A program made the position numbers and the translations under genes. The notes below the pieces were generated by a model. The model searched no databases. It had not been told where the DNA came from and saw only the letters and a list, made by a program, of their open reading frames with translations. From Sporomusaceae bacterium UBA1887 (GTDB lineage Bacteria; Bacillota; Negativicutes; Sporomusales; DSM-15969), in NCBI GenBank assembly GCA_002337925.1, contig DDHB01000003.1, positions 1 to 62,186 of the forward strand: a DNA stretch of 62,186 nt. The letters run 5' to 3'. This document shows, in pieces, positions 1 to 9,036 of this stretch (positions are counted from its first letter, which is position 1; each line of letters begins with the position of its first letter).

Positions 1-1361
1 TGAAGGTGGCAGCTGCTGAACTGGATGACCGCTTGGTGGAGGGGTTTAAAATAAGTGCGGAACAAGAGAAACACGTGCGAGGGCAGTATACTTTTGTGGA
101 TGGCATAAAACGGGTTGCTGTTTTTACGCCTATTAATATACCAGGTGGGCAACGATGGGTTATGATGGTAACGGCACCAGCCGTTGAAGCTGAGCGGGAG
201 ACATCGACATTGATGTGGACTATGCTTATCATATCTTTAGTATGTGTTGTCATTGCTAGCGTTTTTGTTATTTTTATGAGCAAGAAGTTTGCAAAACCGA
301 TTGCGGTAATTCGTGATGAATGTATGCTTTTAACAGAAGGAGACCTTCAAGAACGTAATTTTGCCGTTACCTCTCAGGATGAAATTGGTCAGCTCGCTCA
401 TGGATTCCGGGATATGCGTACTAATTTACGCATGCTTGTAACAAGTGTATTATCCCAGTCTCAACAGTTAGCTGCTTCTAGTGAAGAATTAACAGCAAGT
501 GCGCAGCAATCGGCGCAAGCTGCTAACCAAGTGGCAGGTTCAATTACCGAAATCGCCGCTGGCTCTGTCAGGCAGGCTGCTGCTGCCGACTACCTGACCC
601 AAGTGGCGGACGAATTAGCTAAACAGACTGGGCAGATTTCAGCAACGGCACTCGAAGTATCGGAGATTGCCGAAAGCACTTCACAAGAAGCTCAGCAAGG
701 GCGCTTGGCGGTAAATCAGACTATTGAGCAAATGAACAAAATTGGAAAAGGCTCTATACAAATCCAGACTGCAATTGCTGAATTATCTCAAGGATCAAAT
801 GAGATTAATGAAATCGTCAATCTGATTTCTACCATAGCAGGTCAGACAAACTTACTTGCACTAAATGCTGCGATAGAAGCAGCTCGGGCTGGTGAACATG
901 GCCGCGGTTTTGCTGTTGTAGCGGAAGAGGTTAGAAAACTGGCAGAACAATCAAATCAAGCCGCTCAACAAATCGGTACACTCATTAAACATAATCAAAT
1001 TAATATGGAGCAAGCCGTCATTGCTACGCAAGCTGGTGCAGAGGGGATTAAAACCGGTGTTGAGACGGTAAATGATACCGGTAAAGTTTTCACCAAAATT
1101 GTTGAGTCTATTTTTCAACTTACTATTCAGATTAAAGAAATTTCTAATGCAATGAATAAAATGGCTGCGGGTAATAAGACGCTAGTCGCTTCCATTCAAG
1201 AAATTGATAAGGTAAGTAAAGAAAATGCTGCCGAATCGGAGATGGTATCAGCTGCTACCGAAGAGCAGTCCGCATCTATGCAGGAGATCGCTTCATCAAG
1301 CCATAGTTTGGCAAAGCTGGCAGGTGAATTACAAGAATCAGTAGCTAAATTTAAGGTTTAA
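1..1361 (+). CDS. Methyl-accepting chemotaxis protein, 5'-truncated by the window edge
   Basis: TM helix, HAMP ([10 protein letters not shown]) and MCP hairpin [40 protein letters not shown]. Confidence 0.95.
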   Translation, partial: KVAAAELDDRLVEGFKISAEQEKHVRGQYTFVDGIKRVAVFTPINIPGGQRWVMMVTAPAVEAERETSTLMWTMLIISLVCVVIASVFVIFMSKKFAKPIAVIRDECMLLTEGDLQERNFAVTSQDEIGQLAHGFRDMRTNLRMLVTSVLSQSQQLAASSEELTASAQQSAQAANQVAGSITEIAAGSVRQAAAADYLTQVADELAKQTGQISATALEVSEIAESTSQEAQQGRLAVNQTIEQMNKIGKGSIQIQTAIAELSQGSNEINEIVNLISTIAGQTNLLALNAAIEAARAGEHGRGFAVVAEEVRKLAEQSNQAAQQIGTLIKHNQINMEQAVIATQAGAEGIKTGVETVNDTGKVFTKIVESIFQLTIQIKEISNAMNKMAAGNKTLVASIQEIDKVSKENAAESEMVSAATEEQSASMQEIASSSHSLAKLAGELQESVAKFKV

Positions 1362-1364
1362 TAG

Positions 1365-1412
1365 ATCATACACTATGTTCTTTAATAGAGGCCATAGTGT
1401 ATGATTGTTTTT
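1365..1412 (+). terminator. Intrinsic terminator
   Basis: ATCATACACTATG/CATAGTGTATGAT inverted repeat followed by TGTTTTT. Confidence 0.7.
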
Positions 1413-1534
1413 ATACAAAGGACTGTGTAAACGTTATTGCAATTTACTTTCAGAAAAAACTTATTTTTTGCTTAAATATGTTACAATTATTGCAGTGCGG
1501 TATGTTTAAACTCAAATAAATTGTAAAGGGGTAG

Positions 1535-2095
1535 ATGCATGTTATGAAACAAACCGCTTTGGCACCTTTGTATTTTGCCTATGGCTTTAATCTTAATTTG
1601 ATGCAAATGCGTCAGAAGTGCTTAAAGGCTCAAGTAGCTGGCATTGCCCGTTTGTCAGGCTACAAAATTGGTTTTTATGAGCATACTGTTGTGTGGGATG
1701 GAGCAATGGAGACAATCATTCCTGACCCTCAGTCCCAGGTGTGGGGTGTACTTTATGTCTTAAGTGAGAGTGAATGGGAAGAACTAGATTCTCATGAGGA
1801 TGCCAGGGTAGATGGCTCAGGAGCCTATTTTCACTGTCCCGTGGAAGTAATTGCTGCTGACGGATCTGCTAGGCAAGCAATGGTTTTTCTGAAGGCCCGA
1901 TTGGGTAAACCCGAACTTCCCGGTACGGAATATATGAATATTTTGCTGCAAGGTGCAGAAGAGCAAGGTCTACCCCCAGAGTATATTACACATTTGAGGC
2001 AAATAAGAAGTAAGCCTGCAGCTTATTCGGTACCCAAGCGTCCCTCTTCTGGCAGAAAGCTTATAGCAGCGGGAGATTGCAATAGCTGTGAATAG
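1535..2095 (+). CDS. Gamma-glutamylcyclotransferase (GGCT/AIG2-like) family protein
   Basis: YFAYGFNLN loop, VWGVLY, LDSHE (catalytic Glu position), YM..L..GA.E.GLP.EY tail. Confidence 0.85.
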   Translation: MHVMKQTALAPLYFAYGFNLNLMQMRQKCLKAQVAGIARLSGYKIGFYEHTVVWDGAMETIIPDPQSQVWGVLYVLSESEWEELDSHEDARVDGSGAYFHCPVEVIAADGSARQAMVFLKARLGKPELPGTEYMNILLQGAEEQGLPPEYITHLRQIRSKPAAYSVPKRPSSGRKLIAAGDCNSCE

Positions 2096-2097
2096 AG

Positions 2098-2139
2098 AAA
2101 AGGTGTCTCAAAATGGCTTAGCATTTTGAGACACCTTTT
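2098..2139. terminator. Intrinsic terminator (symmetrical)
   Basis: 18-bp perfect inverted repeat AAAAGGTGTCTCAAAATG/CATTTTGAGACACCTTTT. Confidence 0.8.
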
Positions 2140-2220
2140 GCCATTATATTTGGTAAGTTTAGAGAAGCACTCCTTCCTTAATGCATAATTTACGATGAGG
2201 TGCCTAATTTTTGAAAGTAA

Positions 2221-2250
2221 TTGACACATTCGCTATTTCACTGCTATTAT
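2221..2250 (+). promoter_or_regulatory. sigmaA-type promoter of the symporter
   Basis: TTGACA-N18-TATTAT with extended TG. Confidence 0.6.
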
Positions 2251-2331
2251 TATCATGTAATATTGTAATGTGGTAGTGCATGTAGTGGAAGTTTATGTTT
2301 TTTACAAGTAAAGAGAGTGTAGAAAGGTAGG

Positions 2332-3768
2332 ATGGTTATTTTGAGTATTCAGTTAGTCATTATTATTGTGTATATTTGTATTCTGTTTGGTATTAGTATT
2401 TATGTAAAACGACGGGCAGAGAGCAGCAGCGGCTTTTTATTTGCAGGCCGTAAGCTGACTACAACTCTGGTGGCAGCTAATATTGCCGGTACGGCTATCG
2501 GAGCTGCATCGACTATTGGTGTTGCCGAAAATGCTTTTCAGTTTGGCATTGCTGCAGGCTGGTATAATGTTGCCTGGGCGGCAGGTGCTGTTGTAATGGC
2601 ACTCGTAGCGGCAGGTAAATACCGGGAGTTGAATTGCACAACCATACCGGAATTGTTTGAACGTTATTATGATAAAAAAGGGCGGGCAATTGCTGTACTA
2701 GGTATGATTACTATTCAACTGGTAATTACCTCCCTTCAATACATTGCTGGTGGAGCAATATTATCGTCTCTGCTGCCTGATATCTTTTCCTTTCAAGGCG
2801 GCATGGTAATCAGTGCAATTGTATTTATTGGCACTACTATACTTGGCGGCTTATGGTCGTCAGGGATTTCTAATATTCTCAGTGTGACGCTTATTTATGT
2901 AGGTGTGTTAATCAGCACCATTACCATTGTCAATGATCAAGGCGGCATTAACGCCATCGCTGCTTCCTTGCCCTCCAATGTTGACTGGTTTGGTCCCGTA
3001 GGGGGTCTTGGTCTGGCAACTATTGTTGGCTGGTTTGCTGTAATGATGACCCAGACGATTACCGCTCAAGGGCCAGTGCAAGTGGCCTGTGCGGCAGTTG
3101 ATAAAGCTGCTGCGAAAAAAGGGTTTCTGTGGGGAGCCTTGCTTATGTTCCCGGTTGGTTTTTCCTGTGCTATTATGGGGGTGGCTGCGCGGGCGGCACA
3201 TCCCGAGATGAAAGCAACACTTGCATTGCCGCAAATGATTATGGGACTTGATCCTGTAATATCCGGATTGACACTGGCTGCGCTTTGGGCAGCTGATGTT
3301 GCTACAGCTTGTCATATTCTATTGGCTGCGGGAACACTCTTTTCACAGGATATTTACAAGCGCTTTCTTAACCCCGGTATCAGCGATAGGCAGTATACCT
3401 TAGTAAACCGTTACGCCATATTGGGCCTCGGGGCTGTAACACTATGGTTTGCCTTTAATGCTGTAGGGATTGTGAAGACGATGCTGATCGGGTTAAGTCT
3501 GACAACGGCTTTTACCTTGGTATTCTTGTTTACGATGTTTGCTCCTGGGCTCTGCCGGCGAAATTCAGCTTTTTATACTACGCTGGCCGGTATAGTAACC
3601 TTATTTGTATGGCAGGCTTTTCCGCAGGTACAGGTTTTCGCCCATCCGATTTATATGGAGTGGCTGGGTTGTCTGATTACTTTCTTTGTTGTCGCGATTG
3701 TTGACAAAGAGCGGATTACTGCTGACGAGACTCACAAGAATGAACAAGAAGCTTGCAATTGCTGCTGA
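2332..3768 (+). CDS. Sodium:solute symporter (SSS) family protein
   Basis: About 13 TM helices; F.FAGR.L, TIPELFERYY and LFSQDIYKRF motifs. Confidence 0.9.
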   Translation: MVILSIQLVIIIVYICILFGISIYVKRRAESSSGFLFAGRKLTTTLVAANIAGTAIGAASTIGVAENAFQFGIAAGWYNVAWAAGAVVMALVAAGKYRELNCTTIPELFERYYDKKGRAIAVLGMITIQLVITSLQYIAGGAILSSLLPDIFSFQGGMVISAIVFIGTTILGGLWSSGISNILSVTLIYVGVLISTITIVNDQGGINAIAASLPSNVDWFGPVGGLGLATIVGWFAVMMTQTITAQGPVQVACAAVDKAAAKKGFLWGALLMFPVGFSCAIMGVAARAAHPEMKATLALPQMIMGLDPVISGLTLAALWAADVATACHILLAAGTLFSQDIYKRFLNPGISDRQYTLVNRYAILGLGAVTLWFAFNAVGIVKTMLIGLSLTTAFTLVFLFTMFAPGLCRRNSAFYTTLAGIVTLFVWQAFPQVQVFAHPIYMEWLGCLITFFVVAIVDKERITADETHKNEQEACNCC

Positions 3769-3774
3769 TCAATA

Positions 3775-3811
3775 AAAATCCACCTGGTGCGGTGTGCACC
3801 AGGTGGATTTT
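3775..3811. terminator. Bidirectional terminator between convergent genes
   Basis: 16-bp perfect stem AAAATCCACCTGGTGC/GCACCAGGTGGATTTT. Confidence 0.85.
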
Positions 3812-3819
3812 GTTATTCA

Positions 3820-4236
3820 TCAGGTCATTTCTGAATAGCTGAAGGTAATTGTTTTTTTCATATCCGGATGGAGGCTGTTATACACAGGACATTCTTTGGC
3901 AGTAAGCTCAATGATTTTCCGTTCTTTGGCAGTATAGGAATTAGGGGGCAGGATAAATTCAGCAATTAATTCCACGATACGCCGCGGGTTCGTACCCATT
4001 ACTTTGGTTGTGACTACTTTTGCTCCATCGATATTGAAGCCGTGTGTCTGGGCAGCGAGGCCCATAATGGTCAATACGCAGCTGCCATAAGAAGCAGCTA
4101 ATAGATCAGTAGGAGAAAAGGCTTCCCCCCGCCCATGGTTATCGATAGGTGCATCGGTAATTAAAGCACTGCCTGACTGGGTATGCACGGCTTCCGTACG
4201 CAAGCCGCCCTTGTAGGTAGTTTGTATAGTTGCCAA
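3820..4236 (-). CDS. OsmC/Ohr family protein (YhfA-like)
   Basis: TDAP...G.G..FSPTDLL, Cys pair (SCV...CPV); start reassigned to TTG at 4236 behind AGGAGG. Confidence 0.85.
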   Translation of the reverse strand: MATIQTTYKGGLRTEAVHTQSGSALITDAPIDNHGRGEAFSPTDLLAASYGSCVLTIMGLAAQTHGFNIDGAKVVTTKVMGTNPRRIVELIAEFILPPNSYTAKERKIIELTAKECPVYNSLHPDMKKTITFSYSEMT

Positions 4237-4266
4237 GAACAATCCCTCCTCGTTGTTGTACAATAC

Positions 4267-5820
4267 TCATAGAGGAGTCTTTCGCTGCTCTCCCGTCTTT
4301 TCCTCTGCCGTTTCTGCTTGCCACCGCACTAAATTAGGCTTGGGATCAAGAATAGAGAGATACTGCTCTTTGATTCCGTAGGTACCATGGGGGTCAAGTT
4401 TTTTATACCGGTAATATTTATTTAGTCTGTCTGCAGGACGGGACCAGCCCCAATGCTTTACCCGTACCTGGCAGCAGACTTCTTTGCGATCACCGGTATT
4501 GAGCGGCAGCCTGCCGCAGTGCAGCGGTGTTTCCTGCCAGGACTGCTCCTGTCCTTCCCGGTATCTCAGTAAAAAAGGACGGTAATAATTGTGAGCTTGC
4601 CAAAATACGTCTTCCCGGTAACAAGTCTCATTCCACATATCATAGAGCCGGAAGGAATAACTGTCAGCTTCAGGATTAGCCAGTAAATGAGGCAATGCCG
4701 AAATAATTTCGTCGTCAAATATTTCATCGGCATCCAGCACTAATATCCAGTCCGGCCGGGTGGCTGCTGCCAGGTTCCATAGCTGTTTACGCAAAGTAAT
4801 TTCATTATGAAAGCCGGGCTCGCTGTTAACGACAATTTGGTGCGGCACTGTTGACAAGCTGCGCTTGCACAGGTTTACTGTTTCATCATCGCTCGCGTCA
4901 TCCAGGATAACGGCCTGATCAATATAGTTAGCAGCATGAAGGAGAACTTTTTCCAAGAAGCGGCCTTCTTCATTTCGTACTACCATTGCCAGTGTCAGGC
5001 GAGGTTTTGGTTTGACTGATGAATAATCATATTTAATTTTATGAGCGTTAAGGCCTGATAGCTCCGACTCGCGGTATATGTGATAAGGCGGATAGCAGGT
5101 ATCGGCATATAGTTCCAATCCCAATACGGCAGCTCTTACACAAAAGTGACGGTCCTCGCCGGTAAGATCCAGGTAATAAACCTTACTAAAAGAGATGCCC
5201 GAATCAAGAGCAGTTTTGCTTATCAGGGTACAGGCGCCGAGACCTCCAACTTTGTACACGCCAGGACAATGCAGTTTGCTTAAAAAAATCTGCTGTCCGA
5301 GAGCAATTTGTTCGGGACTTAGAGTCTTTTCTGATGTTACCTCATGAAGCCGATATTGCCCGCCAGCCCATACCTGCGGTAAGGGAGGAAAGTTCTGTTC
5401 CCATTTTGTCCAATAAACTTCTGATACAATTTTCTTATTCAGGCCTACAAGGTGTGTTATTGTTTGGGGGTGCAGTGCTAAATCTGAGTCAACTAAAAAC
5501 AGAAAATCCACAGCTTTTTCACGAGCCAGCCCGATAAAATAATCTTTATAAGCTGCTACTTTCCATACAATATCTTCCTGCCAGCAGTGCGTTTGCTCCG
5601 TGCAGTGATAGAGCTGAGATTTTGCATTGCCTCGCAGAATCGTGACACAGGGAACCGTATGGGCAAATTCCTGCAAGGCAGGACTAGGATCTTCATGATC
5701 ATCAATAAAAACATAATCTATATGCAGGTCTGTTTTGTCTAAAGCCGCCAGACATGCAAGAAATTCGTTTAGTATGGCTGGTTTTTGTTTAATCGGGCTG
5801 GCGATCATGACTTGCTTCAC
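4267..5820 (-). CDS. Two-domain GT-A (GT2-like) glycosyltransferase
   Basis: Domain 1: FLVDSDL, GACTLIS, GEDRHFC. Domain 2: AMVVRNEE, LDDAS.D.T, WILVLDADE. Confidence 0.85.
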   Translation of the reverse strand: MKQVMIASPIKQKPAILNEFLACLAALDKTDLHIDYVFIDDHEDPSPALQEFAHTVPCVTILRGNAKSQLYHCTEQTHCWQEDIVWKVAAYKDYFIGLAREKAVDFLFLVDSDLALHPQTITHLVGLNKKIVSEVYWTKWEQNFPPLPQVWAGGQYRLHEVTSEKTLSPEQIALGQQIFLSKLHCPGVYKVGGLGACTLISKTALDSGISFSKVYYLDLTGEDRHFCVRAAVLGLELYADTCYPPYHIYRESELSGLNAHKIKYDYSSVKPKPRLTLAMVVRNEEGRFLEKVLLHAANYIDQAVILDDASDDETVNLCKRSLSTVPHQIVVNSEPGFHNEITLRKQLWNLAAATRPDWILVLDADEIFDDEIISALPHLLANPEADSYSFRLYDMWNETCYREDVFWQAHNYYRPFLLRYREGQEQSWQETPLHCGRLPLNTGDRKEVCCQVRVKHWGWSRPADRLNKYYRYKKLDPHGTYGIKEQYLSILDPKPNLVRWQAETAEEKTGEQRKTPL

Positions 5821-7315
5821 CGATAAACACCTCCTCCCAAAAATGTACAGGGTTTGCGGGAACTGACTGGCTGATAATAGCTGCTATTAAACGCAGTTGG
5901 TGGAGAATACCGACTTCAAGGCTGTGTTGAGCTGCCTGATTACCGCAAAATACAATGAATTCGCCTTGCAGCAGCAGCACTTCGGTGCTGAGCATTAGCA
6001 GGGACACCAGCTCTTTGTTCGCAGGAAGCATAGAGGCAGCCAAGGGCTGTAATTGAAGGAACAAGCTGCAAGCTATTGTTAATTTTGCAGGGTCTTTTGA
6101 CTTGCAACATTGTAGAAGTTCTAGCGAAATACAGGCTGTGGCCAGTGCAAACTGAATAACTGGCTGACTTGGTGCAGCGAGAGTAAGCGGATATGGCAAT
6201 AACCCGTCATAAATATCTTCCCAGATACAGGATGAGTTTTCGCCGGCTGCTATCATGAATAGCCGTATCCTGGAATATATTTCCTGTGGTGTTTCTGTAA
6301 TAGCCGTTAAAAAGTAATGAATAGAGCACCGCTGGCGGCCGGCAAGATAACAAGCGTCTCCCAGCATAGCAGTCAGGCTGCTGCCGGCTGTTAGTTCTCT
6401 GCTTTTTTTCAGGGCCGGTTCTAGTATGGCAATGGCTTCTTCATACCGTGCTCTTTGCATTAACCACATACCGAACAGGCAGTAAAAATCACCGTTATCG
6501 GGCAGAACATGAATTGCGTTTTTAAATAGGTGCTCAGCTTGCTGATTATGGGGTTGCGACAATTTCACCAGTAATAGAGCTCCTAGCAGCTGCGGCAAAT
6601 AGCCTTCGGTACCGGTTAACAGAGGAAGCACTTTTTCTAAGCTTTCTCCTGCTTGGTCAAAATCTCTATTCTGCAGGTATTCAATGGCCAGTGAATAGTG
6701 AAGAAAGGCATCTTGAGGACTGTTGAGCAGCGCCTTGACAAGTAAATCAGTATTACGCCTGAATTTACATTTAGCTGCCAATTCTGACGGCAGATAGCCG
6801 TAATGTTCGATAGTGAAAGGAGAAACGAGCAAGCGGCCAGGCGGTTCTTTACTGAGAATAGAGCCGACAACCTGTTCGTGAATAGTTCCTGTGAAGCGGT
6901 AGCAGGAGTTGTTTTTAAATAAACGAACTACCTGGTCTCGTGTAATTTGTCCATTCAGATCAATAAAACTGGTTATGTTGAAATAATATCCTTCAGCGGG
7001 ATTCGCTGCGATGAAATCCAATAGCTCAGGACGGGTAACCAGGGTAAGTCTTTCATCAGCATCCAATACCAAAATCCACTTACCGTGTGCTTGGCTCATT
7101 GCATAGTTGCGGGCTGCTGCAAAATCATCTGCCCATTCAAAGGGGAAAATACGGGCTCCATATTCAGCTGCAATGGTCATGGTCTTATCGGCAGAACCGG
7201 TATCTACAAGGATAATCTCGTCAACGAGCTGGCTGGCGCTGGCCAAGCAGCCGGAAAGACAGTGCTCTTCGTTTCTGGCAATGAGACACAGTGATATCTG
7301 ACAAGAGCCGCTCAT
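5789..7315 (-). CDS. GT2 glycosyltransferase with TPR-like C-terminus
   Basis: SLCLIARNEE, VDTGSAD.T, DFAAARN, WILVLDADE, IHEQ, HYGY, then helical TPR-like region. Confidence 0.9.
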   Translation of the reverse strand: MSGSCQISLCLIARNEEHCLSGCLASASQLVDEIILVDTGSADKTMTIAAEYGARIFPFEWADDFAAARNYAMSQAHGKWILVLDADERLTLVTRPELLDFIAANPAEGYYFNITSFIDLNGQITRDQVVRLFKNNSCYRFTGTIHEQVVGSILSKEPPGRLLVSPFTIEHYGYLPSELAAKCKFRRNTDLLVKALLNSPQDAFLHYSLAIEYLQNRDFDQAGESLEKVLPLLTGTEGYLPQLLGALLLVKLSQPHNQQAEHLFKNAIHVLPDNGDFYCLFGMWLMQRARYEEAIAILEPALKKSRELTAGSSLTAMLGDACYLAGRQRCSIHYFLTAITETPQEIYSRIRLFMIAAGENSSCIWEDIYDGLLPYPLTLAAPSQPVIQFALATACISLELLQCCKSKDPAKLTIACSLFLQLQPLAASMLPANKELVSLLMLSTEVLLLQGEFIVFCGNQAAQHSLEVGILHQLRLIAAIISQSVPANPVHFWEEVFIGEASHDRQPD

Positions 7316-9036
7316 CGGAGTAAGTCCCTGCAGGCAGAAAACGTATAGGCTAGATGCTGCTTAAGAGCAGCTTCTTTTTGGTTAAGGTCGTTGATCAGCA
7401 GCTCCCAATAGTCTGCTCTGGTGTGTAATAATTCGGTGATTGTGGTTACTATCCGGGCAAAGTCTTTTTGGGAGTTATAGGCGGATCTATTGCGAGTGCA
7501 GCGCTCTGCCAAAGCAAGCAAAGCTGCCGCAGCCAGGGGACTAGGCAAGGTAATCAGACGATTGTGAGCAAGCTTTTTATATAGGCTGAAAGCGGCCCAA
7601 AATGAATCGCGGCTGCTATTGTTTCGCCAAAGACCCCATACTCGCTGCCGGGCCTCAGTGAAACGCCCTAATAACAGAAGGGCGGAAATTTCGTCAATAA
7701 CAATATCAGCAGCAGGTTCGTGATTATTATGACGCAGATCATCTAATGACAGTAAGGCACACTCGGCTTTGCCAGTATAAAACTGACATCTGGCAAGCAA
7801 TTCAATTGAGGCAGGCAGCCCGCATGCAGACTCTTCCAGACAGGACAGGGCAATATCGGGAAAACCTGCAGTCCAGAATAATTCTGCCATACTTACTGCT
7901 ATTTCCCTGCAGGCGAAATGGCCTGAGGTGCGCAGAAAATCCAGAACAGCTTCCGCACTCTGGTGTGTTAGTTTTAACAGGATGAGCGGGTATAACGGAT
8001 AGTAATAGGCATTATTTGCTGCTAACGCCTGCTCATAATAGTGCTGGGCTTCTTTATATAAACCTAATTTTTCGGCACAAAAGCCTAAATGGTAATAGGC
8101 AAGATAGCTGTTTGTGCCATCAGTATGGAAAAAGCTGAGAGGTGGTTCAGGGAGCTGCACCGCTGCCTGAAACCACTTTAGAGCAATACCATACTCTTCC
8201 TTTAGTTCAAATAAAACACCGCCGTCAAAGAAGAGGTCGCAGTACTCGGAATAATTCTGACTTTCTTCCAGGCAGAGGCACAGGCCTTCGTCGAGTCGCC
8301 CGGTGTTTTTATAGCAATGAATGAGATGACGGATAGTAGCAGTACGAAATGCTTCCTGCTGAGAGGGCAGCTGGCTAAGCGCTTGCCGGAATAAGCCGAT
8401 ACTGGTATCAATGCGTCCAAGTCCCAGCCATTCTGTGCCCAGATAGTAATGAAGACAGGGGTCGGCACTGTTTTTCTTCAGTGCATGTTTTAACAGGCGG
8501 ATATTACGGTTTCTCCGGTGATGCCGCTCAAGTGCCTGGACAGGCGTATGAATGATGACTGGTAGTTGGGCATGCCCGATCTCTGCAGGCGTATCCACTT
8601 TGATAAATTCGTGTATGGAGCCATGAAAGCGATAGTAGCTGCGAAATAGTCTGAGAACCATAAAGCGATCATACTCCAGTACGTTATCTTCATTTTTTAA
8701 GGCATGAAGAGGCAGATGAAAAGCGGTATAGGCACTGTTGGTAATTAAGGAGCGTAGGCTGGAGGTCTTACTCAATACCTCATCGGCATCCAGTGATAAA
8801 ACCCATTCGCAGGTAGTGAGAGATAGTGCAAAATTGCGGGCGGCAGCAAAGTCATCGCGCCATTGATAGGAATATACCTGTTGTGTATACTGTCTTGCAA
8901 TAGATACGGTATCATCTGTTGAGCCTGTATCGACGATAATAATTTCATCGACAGCATCCTTGGCGCTGTTTAGGCAGGCGGACAGATGATCGCCCTCATT
9001 TCGGACAATCATAACTAAGGCAAGCCGCTCGGTCAT
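7312..9036 (-). CDS. GT2 glycosyltransferase with TPR repeats
   Basis: MIVRNE, VDTGSTD, DFAAARN, LDADE, IHE; TPR-like YYHLG...A..YYEQAL. Confidence 0.9.
   Translation of the reverse strand: MTERLALVMIVRNEGDHLSACLNSAKDAVDEIIIVDTGSTDDTVSIARQYTQQVYSYQWRDDFAAARNFALSLTTCEWVLSLDADEVLSKTSSLRSLITNSAYTAFHLPLHALKNEDNVLEYDRFMVLRLFRSYYRFHGSIHEFIKVDTPAEIGHAQLPVIIHTPVQALERHHRRNRNIRLLKHALKKNSADPCLHYYLGTEWLGLGRIDTSIGLFRQALSQLPSQQEAFRTATIRHLIHCYKNTGRLDEGLCLCLEESQNYSEYCDLFFDGGVLFELKEEYGIALKWFQAAVQLPEPPLSFFHTDGTNSYLAYYHLGFCAEKLGLYKEAQHYYEQALAANNAYYYPLYPLILLKLTHQSAEAVLDFLRTSGHFACREIAVSMAELFWTAGFPDIALSCLEESACGLPASIELLARCQFYTGKAECALLSLDDLRHNNHEPAADIVIDEISALLLLGRFTEARQRVWGLWRNNSSRDSFWAAFSLYKKLAHNRLITLPSPLAAAALLALAERCTRNRSAYNSQKDFARIVTTITELLHTRADYWELLINDLNQKEAALKQHLAYTFSACRDLLR

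Noticed and set aside
3766..3811. Selenocysteine readthrough at ...CC-TGA of the symporter, with a downstream hairpin as SECIS
   Set aside because: The hairpin is a perfect stem with A/T flanks between convergent genes and is better explained as a bidirectional terminator.
4236..4269. GT stop codon (TGA) in frame with the OsmC ORF, suggesting a fusion
   Set aside because: One-in-three chance event; OsmC has its own AGGAGG and TTG start.
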